The notes under the pieces are model-generated. The model was not told where the DNA came from. It saw nothing but the letters and a program-made list of their open reading frames with translations, and did no database searches. Of a DNA stretch of 64,000 nt, positions 11,434 through 21,583 are shown one piece after another (position 1 is the first letter of the stretch; every line of letters starts with the position of its first letter). Made by a program: the position numbers and the translations under genes. Origin of the DNA: Candidatus Wolfebacteria bacterium GW2011_GWA1_44_24 (GTDB lineage: Bacteria; Patescibacteriota; Minisyncoccia; UBA6257; UBA9933); assembly GCA_001001115.1 (NCBI GenBank), contig LCIO01000001.1, positions 71,501 through 135,500 on the forward strand, written 5' to 3'.

Positions 11434-12282
11434 TTAACGAGGCCTTGTCGCCGAAGAATCACCGACAATAAGATATTTGCCGGCAAAAGCAATCGGTTTG
11501 CGGTCATTCCGCAAAAGCCACGATGCTCTCTTCATATTCCTGTTTTTTTCGTAGTCATCGTCCAAAACTCCATAATGATCAAGAAATTTGTTCAACTTTG
11601 CCGATATTCTGATGCAACCCTTGGAGTCACGCTTCCCCAATCTTTTTTCTCCGTAAATCGGGTCAGTCGCATGTATAAGCAAACGAATCTGCTTTCCGCC
11701 GTTTTTATATTCTGTTTTCTGCCAGCCAAAATCCCATATCCGACTGCCTTTTTCCCCTAACCCTTTCCAACCTTTGTCATTTTTTGTTCCCAGCGCCCGA
11801 TAACCGAAATTCTTAACCGTGTTTTCAAAAACTCCCACTGGCGTCAAAAAATGGCCCTTTCTAACGGGATTGCCGGTTGAAACTATATCCGCGCCGATAA
11901 TATTCACATTTTTGCCGAACGAATCGAAAAAACATATGAATATCAGCTGTTTTGCCGGATTACGGTCAACATAAACAAAATACTTCGACTCGTTTGGATT
12001 TTCCGGCGAAATTATTCTAGCGGCGTCGGACAAAACAAATTGAAGATAATCGCCGTCCAATTTGATTTCTTCTCTGTTGCCAACCGTTTCTTTGAACAAA
12101 TCCCTGATTCTCGCCGATTCCGCTTTTTGAATTTCATTTATTTCGGCGCTTATTTCCGTTCGAACAAAAACGCTTAATAATGCAATCAAAGCAAGCAGAA
12201 CCCTGCCGTAAGCCATAAATTCCTCCTTTCCTGAAAATAAATTTTTAAAAAACCTCTTATAATGATAAGCAAAGACAGCCAA
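11434..12282 (-). CDS. L,D-transpeptidase (YkuD) domain protein
   Basis: C-terminal HATDP...GEKRLGKRDSKGCIRI matches the catalytic H...(S/G)xGCIR motif of L,D-transpeptidases; N-terminal TM anchor. Confidence 0.6.
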   Translation of the reverse strand: MAVFAYHYKRFFKNLFSGKEEFMAYGRVLLALIALLSVFVRTEISAEINEIQKAESARIRDLFKETVGNREEIKLDGDYLQFVLSDAARIISPENPNESKYFVYVDRNPAKQLIFICFFDSFGKNVNIIGADIVSTGNPVRKGHFLTPVGVFENTVKNFGYRALGTKNDKGWKGLGEKGSRIWDFGWQKTEYKNGGKQIRLLIHATDPIYGEKRLGKRDSKGCIRISAKLNKFLDHYGVLDDDYEKNRNMKRASWLLRNDRKPIAFAGKYLIVGDSSATRPR

Positions 12283-12292
12283 GCCGTCAATC

Positions 12293-14287
12293 TTATAACG
12301 TCTTATTTTTCAACAGCATCGCGTTGATTGCGACGATTACGGTTGAAAACGACATGAATAAAGCTGCAAGAGCCGGTTGCAAAAGAATGCCCTTTGACGC
12401 AAGAATCCCCGCGGCAAGCGGAAGCGCGACCACATTATAGCCGGTTGCCCAAAAAAGATTCTGGATCATTTTAGAATACGTCATTTGCGAAAGCTTGATA
12501 ATTTTTACGATATCCATGGGATTATTTCTGACCAGAATAATTCCGGCTGATTCTATGGCGACATTGGTGCCCGCGCCAATGGCAATGCCGAGATCGGCTT
12601 GAGTAAGGGCGGGCGCGTCATTGATGCCGTCTCCGACCATAGCAACTTTAAGATTGCGTTTTTGAAGCTCTTTCACTTTTTCTGATTTTTGATGCGGCAA
12701 GACGCGGGCAAAGTATTCATCAATGCCGAGTTCTTTACTCACCCATTTCGCCACGTCTTCCGAATCTCCGGTAATCATCGCGGATTTAATTCCTAATTCT
12801 TTAAGAGTTTTAAGCGCGTCTCGCGATTCTTCGCGGACAATATCGGTCAGAGCGATTGCGCCCAAAAGCACGCGGTCTTTTAACGTAAAAATAACGGTTT
12901 GTCCTTTTTCCCCCGCGTTTTCCACTTGCTTTGAAATTTCAGCAGGAATGGCAATTCCGACATTTTCAAGAAGCGCCGGACCGCCAACCATAACTTCTTT
13001 GTCGTCAATTACGGCCTTAACTCCTTTTCCTTTCAATGTTTCAAATTTTTTGGGTTCTTTAAGCGACAGTCCGCGCTCTTTGGCTTTGTTAACCACCGCC
13101 TTTGCGATAGGATGCTGAGAAAACGCGTCAAGAGAAGCGGCTAATTGTAGAGTTTCATCTTGCGTGTGTCCATTAATATTCCAAATTTCCACAACTCCGA
13201 ATTCACCTTTCGTCAAAGTTCCTGTTTTATCAAAAAGCACTACATCAACAGTTCGAGCCGATTCCAGGGCAAGCCGCTGTTTTATTAAAAATCCGTTTTG
13301 CGCCGCTTTGGTTGTAGAAATAGAAGCTACGAGCGGCACAGCAAGGCCCAAAGCGTGCGGGCAGGCAACGACAAGCACAGCAACGAGCCGGGCCACCGCA
13401 AATCCAATATCGGCGCCGGCCGCAAACCAGGCGACGAGAGTTATCAATCCTCCAACAACGGCAATAATTGTCAAATAAAACGCCGCCCTGTCAGAAAGCA
13501 TTTGAAACCGCGACTTGGACGCTTGCGCCTCGGTTACCAAGCGCATAATGCCGGCAAGAAAAGTTTTCTCTCCGATATTTGCGATTCTTATTTTCAATGC
13601 CCCGTCGCCGTTTATCGTGCCGGCAATGACTGAATCTCCTTCTTTTTTGAAAACCGGTCTTGACTCTCCGGTAATCATTGATTCATTCACGTCAGATTCT
13701 CCGTCTATAACTTTGCCGTCAGCGGGGATTTTTGCTCCGGATTTCACAAGAACAGTGTCATTCTCCCGAAGCTCAGAAAGAGGAATTATTTTTGTTCCGC
13801 CGTTGTGTATCACTTCAGCGATGTCTGGAAGCAATTTTGACAATTCTTTTAGCGCGCCTTGCGCGCTTGATATCGCGCGCATCTCAAGCCAATGGCCAAA
13901 AAGCATGATGGTAATAAGCGTCGTAAGTTCCCAAAATAAAGCTTCAACGCCGGCAAATGCGGCGTAAATGCTCCAAAAATAGGCGGCGAAAATCGCGATG
14001 CTTATAAGTGTCATCATTCCCGGCAATCTGCCTTTAATTTCTCGCCACGCTCCGGCAAGAAACACCCAGCCGCCGTATAAAAATACGATTGAGCCAAAAA
14101 CTAAAGGGATATATTGAGAACCAAAAAACACCGGCGCTTTAAAATCAAAAAACGTTTTCAGAATGTCCGAATAAAAAATCACCGGTATGGTTAAAATCAA
14201 ACTTATCCGGAATTTTTTGAGAAACATTTGCGGACTATGCCCAACATGTTTGTTATGAACCGCGTGTTGCTGATGCTCGATTTTCAT
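12293..14287 (-). CDS. heavy-metal P1B-type ATPase, CopB-like (His-rich N-terminus, CPH motif)
   Basis: DKTGTLT phosphorylation site, MVGDGINDAPAL hinge, TGES-like TGESRP, membrane CPH (VVACPHALGLA), and a His-rich N-terminus MKIEHQQHAVHNKHVGH in place of a CxxC metal-binding domain. Confidence 0.85.
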   Translation of the reverse strand: MKIEHQQHAVHNKHVGHSPQMFLKKFRISLILTIPVIFYSDILKTFFDFKAPVFFGSQYIPLVFGSIVFLYGGWVFLAGAWREIKGRLPGMMTLISIAIFAAYFWSIYAAFAGVEALFWELTTLITIMLFGHWLEMRAISSAQGALKELSKLLPDIAEVIHNGGTKIIPLSELRENDTVLVKSGAKIPADGKVIDGESDVNESMITGESRPVFKKEGDSVIAGTINGDGALKIRIANIGEKTFLAGIMRLVTEAQASKSRFQMLSDRAAFYLTIIAVVGGLITLVAWFAAGADIGFAVARLVAVLVVACPHALGLAVPLVASISTTKAAQNGFLIKQRLALESARTVDVVLFDKTGTLTKGEFGVVEIWNINGHTQDETLQLAASLDAFSQHPIAKAVVNKAKERGLSLKEPKKFETLKGKGVKAVIDDKEVMVGGPALLENVGIAIPAEISKQVENAGEKGQTVIFTLKDRVLLGAIALTDIVREESRDALKTLKELGIKSAMITGDSEDVAKWVSKELGIDEYFARVLPHQKSEKVKELQKRNLKVAMVGDGINDAPALTQADLGIAIGAGTNVAIESAGIILVRNNPMDIVKIIKLSQMTYSKMIQNLFWATGYNVVALPLAAGILASKGILLQPALAALFMSFSTVIVAINAMLLKNKTL

Positions 14288-14302
14288 TTTTAATCGGCTA
14301 CA

Positions 14303-14524
14303 TTAGCTTAATTCTTTCTTTTTTTCCTCAAATTCTTTTTTGTCAATTTCGCCCTTGGCATAACGTTCTTTAATAATATCTAAGGCAGATTTGTTTTCTC
14401 TTTTCCCCCCTTGGTTCGCCAACCATTTTAATAAAACAATTATGCCGGCAATAACCAATACCCAAAATAAAACCATAAAAATCCAGCCAAAACCGAAACC
14501 AAAACCGCTATAATCGTACATCAT
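14303..14524 (-). CDS. SHOCT domain small membrane protein
   Basis: 73 aa with an N-terminal TM helix and C-terminal [25 protein letters not shown], resembling the SHOCT short C-terminal domain. It lies immediately downstream of the ATPase. Confidence 0.5.
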   Translation of the reverse strand: MMYDYSGFGFGFGWIFMVLFWVLVIAGIIVLLKWLANQGGKRENKSALDIIKERYAKGEIDKKEFEEKKKELS

Positions 14525-14564
14525 ATTTTTTAATATAAAATTATTTATTTAATTACTCGACCTT

Positions 14565-15434
14565 TTATACGCCGCAGCCTCCTCCGCCTTGCGGCTGAAT
14601 CGGTTCAACTTCGGAAAGAATTTGCTGGTAGCCAGAAGCGCTGAAATAAGCTGAACTTAAAATTTCTTTAGGGTCAACATTTTCCCAATCAACGCCGCGA
14701 TTTTGAAAATATTTGGCAATAGTCAAATAAGTGTCCGGAAACCAGTAAGAATTGACAATAAGCGCGACGCGGTACATATCGCTTTCGGAAACTCCCTGAT
14801 TTGCCATTAATTCCAACAGTCCCAACATTGCCATGCCGTGATTGCAATCCGGAAAATAAGTGGAATTTCCGCAACAGGGCCGGTAAATATTTTTAGAAAC
14901 TCGTTCAACCAAAGATTGCTGTTCGTTTGTCAAATCAATGAATTGATGTTTGCTGTAATGATTCATCGTATCGTTTTGGCTCATTGTCCAGCCGCCAGTT
15001 GAAGCGAAATTTCCCGCGCCGCCGTATTGCGAGTCGGTCATTGGCCCGTTCTCTAAAATTTCATTTTTATTCGCCAAACCAAAAGCCCAAAACAAATTAA
15101 GAATATAACCGGCGTTTTCGGAATCGATTGTCAAATTTCCGTTATTTTCTCCGTAAAGAAGATTTTTGTCTTCATTATTTAATCCTCCGCGCTGATTATA
15201 AAGCATTTCAAATTTGTTGGCGTCAATGGCGCCGGATTCAACCAGTTGTTTTCCTAAATTTCCCCACTTGACCGGCAGTTCAACGCCGTTTGCAGGAATA
15301 ATTTCTTCCGCGGCAAAATTTGATTGCGATTCCGGCGCGTTAACAGCTTTTAATCCCGCGCCGTAAATTAAAGCGCCGGCGATAAGCACGCTGGAAAATA
15401 TCAGTGAAGTGGAAAGCAAAGGATTATTATTCAT
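14565..15434 (-). CDS. hypothetical secreted protein with Cys cluster
   Basis: Signal-peptide-like N-terminus, CCGNSTYFPDCNHG and C-terminal GGGGCGV; no confident family. Confidence 0.35.
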   Translation of the reverse strand: MNNNPLLSTSLIFSSVLIAGALIYGAGLKAVNAPESQSNFAAEEIIPANGVELPVKWGNLGKQLVESGAIDANKFEMLYNQRGGLNNEDKNLLYGENNGNLTIDSENAGYILNLFWAFGLANKNEILENGPMTDSQYGGAGNFASTGGWTMSQNDTMNHYSKHQFIDLTNEQQSLVERVSKNIYRPCCGNSTYFPDCNHGMAMLGLLELMANQGVSESDMYRVALIVNSYWFPDTYLTIAKYFQNRGVDWENVDPKEILSSAYFSASGYQQILSEVEPIQPQGGGGCGV

Positions 15435-15440
15435 TAATCG

Positions 15441-15983
15441 TTATTTTATAATTTCCACGAAAATTTTCAATTCAATTTCCCGATTGGTCGGATCATTGGT
15501 TGGAATAAAAACCGAACGCGAAAATCGGCCTTCCGGCTCTTCGTGAAAATTGGGGTCAAATTTAACTTCTATGCTAATTTTTTCATTTGGAGCGGCTTCT
15601 TTTTTATCTGCTTGTGCGGAAGCGCAGCCGCAAGAAGTGGATATCTCTCCAATGATCAATTTCCCTTCGCCGCCGTTTAAAATAGTAAATTTTTTACTGA
15701 CAACGCCGTCAATTCTGCTGATTTTCCCAAAATCATATTCCAAAACGCTTATTTCAGCTTTCGGATTTTTATCGGAATTTGATTGAAAAGACAAAGACGG
15801 CCTATTTAGCATTCTTTTGACGCCAGAATTCGCCTCATCTATTTCTTCCCCGATATGTACAAGTTGTTTTTCAATTGCTGAAATCTTTTTGTTGGCGATA
15901 AAAAAGTTGGCGATCAGAATCATAATGCCGATAAACAATGTCGAAATCGCGATGATTTGGATATTTTTTATTAATTTTTCCAT
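15441..15983 (-). CDS. DUF1573-like protein (membrane anchored)
   Basis: N-terminal TM; FTILNGGEGKLIIGEISTSCGCASA resembles the DUF1573 N-G-x-x-PL-x-I...SCGCT signature. Confidence 0.5.
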   Translation of the reverse strand: MEKLIKNIQIIAISTLFIGIMILIANFFIANKKISAIEKQLVHIGEEIDEANSGVKRMLNRPSLSFQSNSDKNPKAEISVLEYDFGKISRIDGVVSKKFTILNGGEGKLIIGEISTSCGCASAQADKKEAAPNEKISIEVKFDPNFHEEPEGRFSRSVFIPTNDPTNREIELKIFVEIIK

Positions 15984-15985
15984 AT

Positions 15986-16501
15986 TTATTTTATTACATT
16001 GGCTTCAATTGACAATTGAAGCGTTGGATTTATTTTAGAATTTGTTTCTAAATAAATAAGGCGTTTGACTTTGCCGATATCTTCCGGGCCGTGCGCCACC
16101 GGGTCAAAAACCGCTTCAACGATAATTGATTCGCCGTTTTTTACTTCAATGTTCGCCGCGCTTAAACCTCCCCCATGCCCCGGCATACCGAAAATTCCCA
16201 ATTCTTTTCCATTTTCGTCAATAATGACGGCTGTCGTGCACATGCAAGAAGTATAAACTTTCTTGATGATTATTTTTTCATTTCCTTCGTTTTTAAGCTT
16301 AAATTTGTAAAAGGCGTTTCCGTCAGCCATAGGAATCGTTCCGAAATCAAATGCCGGTTCTTCGGCTACAAGAGCACTATTCGAAATTACATTTACCGCG
16401 CCGCTGTTCTGCCGGCTTGTCCCAAAGCTCAAAAACCATATCAATCCTCCGATAACAAGAATTACGATGATTGCAATGATAATAATATTTTTATTTTTCA
16501 T
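15986..16501 (-). CDS. DUF1573-like protein (paralog of the upstream gene)
   Basis: N-terminal TM; FKLKNEGNEKIIIKKVYTSCMCTTA has the same signature as the neighbouring gene. The two are tandem paralogs. Confidence 0.5.
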   Translation of the reverse strand: MKNKNIIIIAIIVILVIGGLIWFLSFGTSRQNSGAVNVISNSALVAEEPAFDFGTIPMADGNAFYKFKLKNEGNEKIIIKKVYTSCMCTTAVIIDENGKELGIFGMPGHGGGLSAANIEVKNGESIIVEAVFDPVAHGPEDIGKVKRLIYLETNSKINPTLQLSIEANVIK

Positions 16502-16614
16502 AATTAGAATTTTATTCGAAACAAAATAAACATAAATACAAATCCCGCCGATTGCGTCCGCTATAGCTTTATGTAACAGCGGATTATACGGAATTCATGT
16601 CTTATGTTTTTTTA

Positions 16615-17034
16615 CTAAAAAGAGGGGCTATTTTCGCGGAGAGCAAGCCAAGAAAAAAATTTTTGCCGAGAAATTGGAATTAAAAAATCTAAAAATCGCC
16701 TGGCTCGAAAATAAATGGCGGGTTTTAATAATCCGCGGCCGATGATGTTATCAAAAATTCCAAAAGTAAAAGATAAAAACAGAGCGGCGAGACAGGCAAG
16801 AAAAAGAATTATTGCGGAATTATTAAACGTTGAAATCAAAAAAATTTTGAAAAAATTGAAGTGAAAAACGATAAAAGAAATCGGGCTGTTTTCAGCTAAA
16901 CAATCCGCGCCATTGGCAACCGCGGCAATACAACCGTCTTGGCCGTGTTCACCGTTGTGATTCATGCCGACAATTCCAAAAACAGCTGCTCCGACAAAGC
17001 TGAAAATCAATATCGTTGTAAATGCGAATTTCAT
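16615..17034 (-). CDS. hypothetical membrane protein
   Basis: 139 aa with multiple hydrophobic segments; GCIAAVANGADC near the N-terminus. Confidence 0.3.
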   Translation of the reverse strand: MKFAFTTILIFSFVGAAVFGIVGMNHNGEHGQDGCIAAVANGADCLAENSPISFIVFHFNFFKIFLISTFNNSAIILFLACLAALFLSFTFGIFDNIIGRGLLKPAIYFRARRFLDFLIPISRQKFFSWLALRENSPSF

Positions 17035-17087
17035 AAAAAATAATTATAAATCAAAATATCTAAAATATCAACGGTTGAATTATGGCG

Positions 17088-18893
17088 TTATTGTTTCCTT
17101 GTTCTTTTTCTTTCGTGTTCCGATAAAATCGCCTTTCTGATGCGGATATTTTTTGGGGTAATTTCAACCAATTCGTCTTCACCGATGTAATCCAAAGCGT
17201 CTTCCAGCCCCATCTGCTTCGGCGCTTCAAGCCCTTCCTGAACGCCGAAATTTTTTGTCCGAAAATTAGTCAGTTCCTTCGTTTTGCAGATATTCACCAT
17301 AATGTCTTCGGCTTTGGCATTTTGTCCCACCACCATTCCCTCATAAATTTCAACGCCCGGCCCGATAAAAAGCCGTCCCCGGCCTTGAGCGTTCAATAAG
17401 CCATAACTGTTGGAGACCCCGCTTTCCGAAGCCATCAATGAACCGTGAGGATTTGAAAAAAATTCTCCCTTAAATTCTTCATAGCCCATAAAAATGCTGT
17501 TGATTATCCCCAACCCCTTGGTATTTATTAAAAATTCGTTCCTGATGCCGATTAATCCTCTTGTCGGGACGACAAAATCCAGGCGAGCTTCCTCGCGCTC
17601 CACTTTCATGTCTTTCATTTTTCCCAATCTGCGGCCCATCATTTCGATAATAATTCCGGAAAATTTATCCGGCGACTCGATAAAAACAAGTTCCATCGGT
17701 TCCATTGTCTTTCCGTCAACTTCTTTTAAAATCACTTGGGGCTTGGAAACTTCCAACTCATGTCCTTCGCGCCGCATTTTTTCAATCAAAATCGCCAAAT
17801 GCAATTCTCCTCGTCCGGAAACAATCCAGCGGTCGGAAACGCCGGCCGGAACCACTTTCAACGCCACATCGGTTTCAAGTTCCTGTTCCAAACGTTCTTT
17901 AAGATTGCGCGAGGTCGTGTATTGGCCGTCTTTGCCGACTAACGGCGAAGTATTGACGCCGAAAGTCATTTTAATGGTCGGTTCGTCAATGGTGATAACC
18001 GGCAAAGCCTCGGGATTGTCAATATCAGAAATGGTTTCGCCGATGGAAATATCGGCGATGCCGGAAATCGCAACGATGTCGCCGGCCGCCGCTTCTTCAA
18101 CGTTTATTCTGTTCAAACCGTCGAAAAGCATCACCGAGGTCAATTGAATTTTTTTAATTTCACCGTTGCGATTAATATGGCTGACAACCATTCCTTTTTT
18201 CAAAACGCCCGAATACAGACGGCCGATGGCGATTTTGCCTTTGTAGTTGTCGTAAGCCAGATTCACCGTCAGCATCTGCAGCGGCTTATTTGAATTGATT
18301 ATCGGCGCCGGAATATATTCAATAATTTTTTCAAAAAGCGGCTGGACATTTTCCATTTTGCTTAAATCCGGCTCCAAGCCCGCTTTGCCCTGGATAGAAG
18401 AAGCGTAAATAACCGGAAAATTTATTTGTTCGTCGCCGGCCCCCAATTCAATGAATAAATCAAACGTCTGATTCAGCGCCCATTGCGGCCTGGCATCGGG
18501 CTTGTCAATTTTATTGATGACCAGAATAATTTTATGGCCCGCTTGAATCGCTTTTCTCAAAACGAATTTTGTCTGCGGCATCGGCCCTTCCTTGGCGTCA
18601 ACCAAAAGCAGAACGCCGTCAACCATTCTCATAATCCGCTCCACCTCGCCGCCGAAATCGGCGTGGCCAGGCGTGTCAACGATGTTGATTTTCACGCCTT
18701 TATGCTTAATTGACGCGTTTTTCGAGAAAATGGTGATTCCCCGCTCTTTTTCAAGCTCATTGGAATCCATTATTAAATTGTTTGCCTCATCGGTTTTTAA
18801 TTTAAATCCCTCCGATTGCTTTAAAAGCGCGTCGACCAAAGTGGTTTTGCCGTGGTCAACGTGGGCAATGATGGCGATGTTTCTGATATTCAT
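17088..18893 (-). CDS. typA: GTP-binding protein TypA/BipA
   Basis: [28 protein letters not shown] and a translational-GTPase domain order. The ORF-track start at 19043 adds a non-homologous 50 aa extension; I placed the start at the Met of [17 protein letters not shown] (18893). Confidence 0.85.
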   Translation of the reverse strand: MNIRNIAIIAHVDHGKTTLVDALLKQSEGFKLKTDEANNLIMDSNELEKERGITIFSKNASIKHKGVKINIVDTPGHADFGGEVERIMRMVDGVLLLVDAKEGPMPQTKFVLRKAIQAGHKIILVINKIDKPDARPQWALNQTFDLFIELGAGDEQINFPVIYASSIQGKAGLEPDLSKMENVQPLFEKIIEYIPAPIINSNKPLQMLTVNLAYDNYKGKIAIGRLYSGVLKKGMVVSHINRNGEIKKIQLTSVMLFDGLNRINVEEAAAGDIVAISGIADISIGETISDIDNPEALPVITIDEPTIKMTFGVNTSPLVGKDGQYTTSRNLKERLEQELETDVALKVVPAGVSDRWIVSGRGELHLAILIEKMRREGHELEVSKPQVILKEVDGKTMEPMELVFIESPDKFSGIIIEMMGRRLGKMKDMKVEREEARLDFVVPTRGLIGIRNEFLINTKGLGIINSIFMGYEEFKGEFFSNPHGSLMASESGVSNSYGLLNAQGRGRLFIGPGVEIYEGMVVGQNAKAEDIMVNICKTKELTNFRTKNFGVQEGLEAPKQMGLEDALDYIGEDELVEITPKNIRIRKAILSEHERKRTRKQ

Positions 18894-19054
18894 AATTAAA
18901 AAATACGACCGAATTTTTGGGGTCGTGTTATTACGATATCGCAAACCGATAAAATTGGCAAGAACTCCGCTAAATTTTCGCGGTTGCCTGACAAGAAAAT
19001 CCGCTCTCTTTGAGCGGATTTTCTTTGCGACTTGATTCTTCAAAAACTGCTGAT

Positions 19055-19972
19055 TTATTGCGTGGAGAATGACTGTTGACTGGAAGTCGCCGCGTTGTTT
19101 GAAGAATCTTTTGATTCCACGACATAAAAGTAAGTGGTGGTGGCGTTAAGCCCCGATAACGAAACGTTATGGCTTAAAACTAAAGCAACGTCAGCCTGCG
19201 AAGGCGTTGAGGTGCTGGAAATATCAATCGAAGTTGTGGTCGAATAATAAACCTTGCTGGTTGACAATTCATTGGTTATCCAAGCAACGACAGCCGAAGT
19301 CGAACTCGCGCTAACGGCAATGGCAGAAATAACGGGCGCGATTGTGTCCGGCGTTGAAGTTGCCGCGGGCGGCGTTGATGTCGCAAGTTTTGCAAGAATG
19401 CCGGGCGGCAATGTCTGGCAAGCGGGAACAATGAGACGAACTCCGTCTTGTTTGCGCAACCAGCCGGGCGCAATTAAATGGCCGGGCGGAACAATAGCGC
19501 ACGGTTTCCCGCCCGCAGAGCTAGTGGCGTTTTCAAAAGCCAGCGGATTTTTTTTCAAAAGTTCGTTTATTTTGCCAAGCGTTTTCGGTCCGACAATTCC
19601 CACGGATTCAAACCCGTGTTTTTTTTGAAATAGTTTTACGGCGCGGTTGGTCAGCGGCCCAAAAAATCCGGAAATAATTCCTTCGGGATATATTCCTTGG
19701 TCAGCCGCTAAAATCGCCTGAAGAATTTTTACTTGGTCTCCTTGCGCTCCTTGCCTTAAAGTCGTTGCTAGCTGAACGACCATTTGCTGTGTTTGCTCCT
19801 GAAGCTGTTTAATTTGCGTCTGAAGCTCTTGAATTTTCGCAAGCATTTCCTGAATGGTCGGCTGGCTGGAAGTTGCGGAAGTTTGAGCAATCGCCCCGAA
19901 AGGCGCAATGCCTATCATTAAAAGCGTTAAAAAAACTGAAATTTTTTTCATAAATTTATTACTTTCAATCAT
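19055..19972 (-). CDS. secreted peptidoglycan-binding domain protein with a Thr/Ser-rich C-terminal region
   Basis: Signal peptide, a coiled-coil QELQTQIKQLQEQTQQ, and a PG_binding_1-like GDQVKILQAILAADQGIYPEGIISGFFGPLTNRAVKLFQKKHGF. A low-complexity S/T-rich tail follows. Confidence 0.5.
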   Translation of the reverse strand: MIESNKFMKKISVFLTLLMIGIAPFGAIAQTSATSSQPTIQEMLAKIQELQTQIKQLQEQTQQMVVQLATTLRQGAQGDQVKILQAILAADQGIYPEGIISGFFGPLTNRAVKLFQKKHGFESVGIVGPKTLGKINELLKKNPLAFENATSSAGGKPCAIVPPGHLIAPGWLRKQDGVRLIVPACQTLPPGILAKLATSTPPAATSTPDTIAPVISAIAVSASSTSAVVAWITNELSTSKVYYSTTTSIDISSTSTPSQADVALVLSHNVSLSGLNATTTYFYVVESKDSSNNAATSSQQSFSTQ

Positions 19973-20030
19973 TATAATTCTCGCCGACCTTTGAAATTTA
20001 AAAACAATAATATCTTAATTATGGAAAATG

Positions 20031-20723
20031 TCAACTTTTTATTGCGCCCCTTTTCTTAAAATAAACGCACTTGCCGCATTCCAAATCATCGCCGGGATAA
20101 GGGCCGTTTAATAATTTAACCATTTCCGTTATTTTTTTCTCAAGCGCGCCGAGGTCAATTTTTACCGGATCAATATGGCTCACGAATTCCACGTTCAGGG
20201 ATGGATTTTTTGTGTCTTTCACAAAGTAATGCAAAAGTATTGCGCGATCCGACGGTCTGTATCCATGTTCGCGAAACATCAACGCGTAGGCGTTAAGCTG
20301 CGACACATAGTATTTTTGCTTGTCTTCTTTGGGAGCGTATCCCGAAGATTTAAAATCGGTTGGAATCAATCGACCGTCTTTTTCAACAAGCACCTCGTCT
20401 AATTTACCCGAAAGCATATAGCCGATTTTTTCATTTATAATTCTCAAGTGCGATGAATGCCCGCGCCATTTATTCAAAGTTTCCAAATCGCCGAAAAGAG
20501 ACACGCCCTTTTCCCCGAGTTCTTGTATTTCCGGAGGTAATTCGTTTTTCTCCCGATACGTGTCATAACGCGACTTAAAAATGCTGTCCATTGCCATATT
20601 TAGCACCGGCGGAATGCCCGGCGCCTTTTCATGATGATTTTCAATCCAAAAACAAGCTTCACATTCTTCAAAACTGTATAATCCGCTCGGGCTTAATCTC
20701 CATAATCCTTCTTTTGATTTCAT
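20031..20723 (-). CDS. PD-(D/E)xK nuclease, Cas4/RecB-like with Cys pairs (standalone)
   Basis: N-terminal EECEAC and C-terminal CGKC cysteine pairs, GKLDEV ... IPTDFK (D...DxK) and QLNAYALM (QxxxY), characteristic of RecB-family nucleases. Confidence 0.5.
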   Translation of the reverse strand: MKSKEGLWRLSPSGLYSFEECEACFWIENHHEKAPGIPPVLNMAMDSIFKSRYDTYREKNELPPEIQELGEKGVSLFGDLETLNKWRGHSSHLRIINEKIGYMLSGKLDEVLVEKDGRLIPTDFKSSGYAPKEDKQKYYVSQLNAYALMFREHGYRPSDRAILLHYFVKDTKNPSLNVEFVSHIDPVKIDLGALEKKITEMVKLLNGPYPGDDLECGKCVYFKKRGAIKS

Positions 20724-20754
20724 TGTATTTTATTATAATAAAAATTTGGAGAAT

Positions 20755-20789
20755 AAAAAACCGTCCCGCCTAGGCGGGACGGTTTTTTT
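20755..20789. terminator. bidirectional rho-independent terminator downstream of cspA
   Basis: AAAAAA-CCGTCCCGCC-TA-GGCGGGACGG-TTTTTTT. Confidence 0.55.
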
Positions 20790-20798
20790 AACAATTGC

Positions 20799-20996
20799 TT
20801 ATGCGCGCGATACGTTTGTGGCGGCCGGGCCTTTTTCGCCCTGGACGACTTCGAAAGTGACGGCATCGCCAACTTTCAATTCATCAAACGTTACGCCACT
20901 TAATTCTTTGGAATGAAAGAAAAGATCCTTTGTTTCGCCTTCGCGAGAAATGAATCCAAATCCCCTATCCGTAAGAGTTTTAATGGTTCCGTTCAT
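20799..20996 (-). CDS. cspA: cold-shock protein (CspA family)
   Basis: 65 aa; GTIKTLTDRGFGFI (RNP1-like) and DLFFHSKEL (RNP2-like). Confidence 0.85.
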   Translation of the reverse strand: MNGTIKTLTDRGFGFISREGETKDLFFHSKELSGVTFDELKVGDAVTFEVVQGEKGPAATNVSRA

Positions 20997-21119
20997 GTGA
21001 TTTTATTTTTTAAGAAACTCGACTCTGTTTCTGCTTGCGCGTTCATCGCGCTTAATTGTCATAATAGTTTATAAAACATATTTTGTCAAGTCAAGAATAT
21101 TAAAGCAATTAATCTTCAT

Positions 21120-21581
21120 TTATTTTATATTTAAAAGTTCAACTTCAAAAATAAGAGTCGACTTCGGAGGAATAACTCCGGAGATGCCGTTTTCTCCGTA
21201 AGCCAAATTATAAGGAATCGTCAATTTTCTTTTTTCTCCGACTTTCATCCCTAAAACGCCGATGTCCCAGCCTTTAATCACTTGGCCTGCCCCCAAAATA
21301 AATTCAAAAGGTTGGCCGCGGTCCAAACTGGAATCAAACTTTTTTCCGTCTTCAAGCCAGCCCGTATAATGAACGGAAACTTTATCGCCTGCTTTCATCT
21401 CATCCCCCTTACCTGTTTTCAAAACTTCAATAATCGGCGTATTTTCAACAATTTGGCTTTTAATCGACTGGCTTTCACTTCCAGAATCATTGACGTTAAA
21501 ATTAAAATACCGCGCTCCGTAATAAGCGGCGATAAAAACAACGATTATCGCCAAAATTGTCCATAAAATATTTTTATCCAT
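21120..21581 (-). CDS. FKBP-type peptidyl-prolyl cis-trans isomerase (membrane anchored)
   Basis: [63 protein letters not shown] fold. I set the start at [10 protein letters not shown] (21581), abutting the upstream gene; the ORF-track extension to 21746 overlaps it. Confidence 0.75.
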   Translation of the reverse strand: MDKNILWTILAIIVVFIAAYYGARYFNFNVNDSGSESQSIKSQIVENTPIIEVLKTGKGDEMKAGDKVSVHYTGWLEDGKKFDSSLDRGQPFEFILGAGQVIKGWDIGVLGMKVGEKRKLTIPYNLAYGENGISGVIPPKSTLIFEVELLNIK

Positions 21582-21583
21582 AA

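Noticed and set aside
12723-13967. Plus-strand ORFs 12723-13118, 13164-13478, 13298-13633 and 13515-13967.
   Set aside because: They are antisense to the well-supported P-type ATPase gene, Ser/Thr/Pro/Ala-rich and of low complexity; typical shadow ORFs of a GC-richer coding region.
17494-19035. Plus-strand ORFs inside typA (17494-18147, 18592-19035 and others), and the 50 aa N-terminal extension of the typA ORF.
   Set aside because: They are antisense shadow ORFs. The extension has no homology, and the conserved TypA N-terminus begins at the internal Met (18893).
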